NCBI GenBank assembly: GCA_051294905.1
Contig: CM119377.1
Location: 10,044,001-10,108,000, forward strand
Source: Botryllus schlosseri
Lineage: Eukaryota
Length of the DNA: 64,000 bases
Direction: 5' to 3'
The notes beneath the pieces are model-generated. The model did not search any database. It saw nothing but the letters and a program-made list of their open reading frames with translations, and was not told the DNA's origin. This document shows positions 62,201-64,000 of this stretch, in pieces. The stretch's first letter is position 1; each line of letters opens with the position of its first letter. The position numbers and the translations under genes were made by a program.

Positions 62201-64000
62201 CGCTGTACTGTTTCATAACCGCGTTGGCATAATAGCTATGAGCAAGGCGTAAGCGCAGAACTAAATAATCAAAACCAAATCTTCAATATACTCGATTTAA
62301 TTCCAATAGATTCACGGCACACCTGATAATCTGTGGCGTCACACAGTTTGGGGCTCACTGGGTTAGAGCGTCGGTCTTGTAATACGCAGGTTCGGGTTCA
62401 AGTCCCATCGGCGGCAGCAATGATGCTAATGTTAGATTCTAGGGCAGTGGTCGGCGACATGTGGTCCTGACGAGTTTGTTACTGGTCCGCGAAAAGTTTG
62501 TATGCTTGTGCATAGTTGTCAAGGTCACTGATAAAAATTATTTAAAAATCAAGCCAACCGCTTTAATTAAACGGCTATTTAAAATTTTATTCAGATTTGG
62601 ACTTGGACATTAAAGTACAGATTATTATCAATTACAGGGGCTGGACTCAGATTTAGACATGATACGATTTGAATTCTGGCTTCGGATGTACACATGGATT
62701 CAAATCTCAAATCTGGACCACGTTTTGGACTTCAAAATCGTAAATCCGCTAATCCGTGCCATACAACCAACCCTAATCCGCATGCTCATATGTCCACAGA
62801 CCATGGAACATTCTTATTTCTCCTCTTACTATAAATTCACTAGAAAATACCGTACCTAAACTCAGAGCATCGCGCTTGCGTATCACGCCGTAACAGGCCC
62901 GAGACACAAGTTCCAAATACATCAACTCAGACACAAAATAGCGATACTCACTGTATGTTATCGTTGAATAGCACAGTGTCTTGCGGCACAACTCCAATAT
63001 ATTGACGAAGAGACGACTGAGTAACGGTTGATATATCTGTTCCGTCGAGTTTGATGACGCCCGCCTGGATGTCATAAAATCGGAATAGCAGACGAATAAT
63101 TGTACTTTTGCCGGAACCAGATGGGCCCACCTAAAATAACAAAACGAAGGTCAAGATTGGAAAAAAATCCATCGAAATGTGTGTGTAAAATTGACACGTC
63201 AAATCGCACTCATACAAATAACATTTAGGTAAAGCTAGTGGCCTTACCATGTGCTCAAACGGATTGGGTTCGTTCATATTTGACTAGGCTTCGTCTATCA
63301 CAGAACATGCATTGACTATGGATGATGCTTGACCTGTTACCTGTTATTACAGCAGCTTTCAGATTAGAAAACTACATCATAAGCAAGCAAGCTGAAAGCA
63401 TAGCACTACTTGGTACAGTTTGAATTGATCGAAACATATGTTTAAGTACACATATTCGCAATGAAGACAAATGCTATAACAAACATCAAATAATAATTTA
63501 TGATCACCCAAACAAATTATCAATCCCCCTGTTTTGCCAGACCATTGTGAAAACAGTTTTCAGACTAGCTAATTAGAGGCTATCAAAGCATTGCCCCAAT
63601 TAGAGTATGAATTGGTCGCAAGAATGTGGCAGTGCTCGCACATATTCACAGTGAAGATAAACAATCATAATAATTATCAAATCGATCCTAATAATACATA
63701 AATAATGATCACATAAACAAATTACCAATGCCACTGTTTCTCCCGGATTCACTTCAAATGAAATCCCTTTCAAAATAGCCTTCTCGGGCTGATACGAAAA
63801 GAAGACATTGTCAAATTCAACAGATTTGTCATCTATTTTCAAAGTAATTGCGTTCGGATCATCGACAACTTCTTGCTCCTGTAAAGAGAGCAGTTTGACG
63901 ACTGAAGTTTTACCGGAAAATTCCGTAAACTCATACTTGATCAAACAGCTCAAGCATGTTCTCCATGTCGATGAAGCTAGACTGGGTCATGCGGTAGTAT
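59127..64000 (-). CDS. ABCB6: ABCB6-type ABC half-transporter, 3' part (end of TMD plus NBD), gene span
   Basis: [15 protein letters not shown] (ABCB6/HMT-1-like rather than ABCB7), Walker [11 protein letters not shown]-loop [12 protein letters not shown], signature [13 protein letters not shown], Walker B ILLLDEATSALD, H-loop VAHRLST. Confidence 0.93.
59466..59685 (-). mobile_element. Retroposon 3' end with (GATT)n tail, in an ABCB6 intron
   Basis: Reverse complement aligns to 44455-44670. Confidence 0.75.
60208..60371 (-). CDS. ABCB6: ABCB6 exon (D-loop, H-loop)
   Basis: [17 protein letters not shown]...[15 protein letters not shown]. Confidence 0.95.
61364..61577 (-). CDS. ABCB6: ABCB6 exon (signature, Walker B)
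   Basis: NNIRYGR...[33 protein letters not shown]. Confidence 0.95.
62350..62520 (+). mobile_element. tRNA-headed SINE-like element
   Basis: ggggctcactgggttagagcg...gggttcaagtccc A/B-box-like head with no intact cloverleaf. Confidence 0.5.
62952..63130 (-). CDS. ABCB6: ABCB6 exon (Walker A, Q-loop)
   Basis: [20 protein letters not shown]...[12 protein letters not shown]. Confidence 0.95.
63726..63878 (-). CDS. ABCB6: ABCB6 exon (start of NBD)
   Basis: EQEVVDDP...[10 protein letters not shown]...[13 protein letters not shown]. Confidence 0.95.
63937..64000 (-). CDS. ABCB6: ABCB6 exon, partial (5' end outside the window)
   Basis: [21 protein letters not shown]|gtatga. Confidence 0.9.

Noticed and set aside
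62455-62510. CTGACGAG...CGAAA hammerhead-like core
   Set aside because: I could not build helices I and III with a UH cleavage site in any topology

Overview
Eukaryotic (animal) genomic DNA, AT-rich with many very short (56-110 nt) introns; the protein style points to an invertebrate chordate/deuterostome such as a tunicate (inference). Two protein-coding genes lie on the minus strand. (1) A conventional beta-spectrin (SPTBN1-like) traced through 40 shared GT-AG exons (31262 down to 1) with every junction phase consistent: CH1-CH2, spectrin repeats 1-17 and the start of the C-terminal tail, which continues beyond position 1. It has two mutually exclusive phase-1 first coding exons: canonical '...[11 protein letters not shown]' at ~45.1-45.2 kb and short '...LEGRFKQLQ' at ~33.8-33.95 kb. 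(2) The 3' half of an ABCB6-type ABC half-transporter (64000-59127). Introns and the intergenic region are crowded with non-autonomous mobile elements: five hAT-type MITEs with 8-bp TSDs (one with a mismatch), a 1.86-kb foldback element with ~525-bp TIRs and a 7-bp TSD (P/Galileo-like), several tRNA-headed SINE families (two with a Meta-like core) and LINE relics. The most unusual signal is an intronic ~123-nt repeat family, including a tandem dimer, whose consensus folds as a minimal type I hammerhead ribozyme with a palindromic helix III; every core-bearing copy is antisense to the host gene. Comparisons with human proteins and RNA/TE family consensus motifs are from memory, not from searches.
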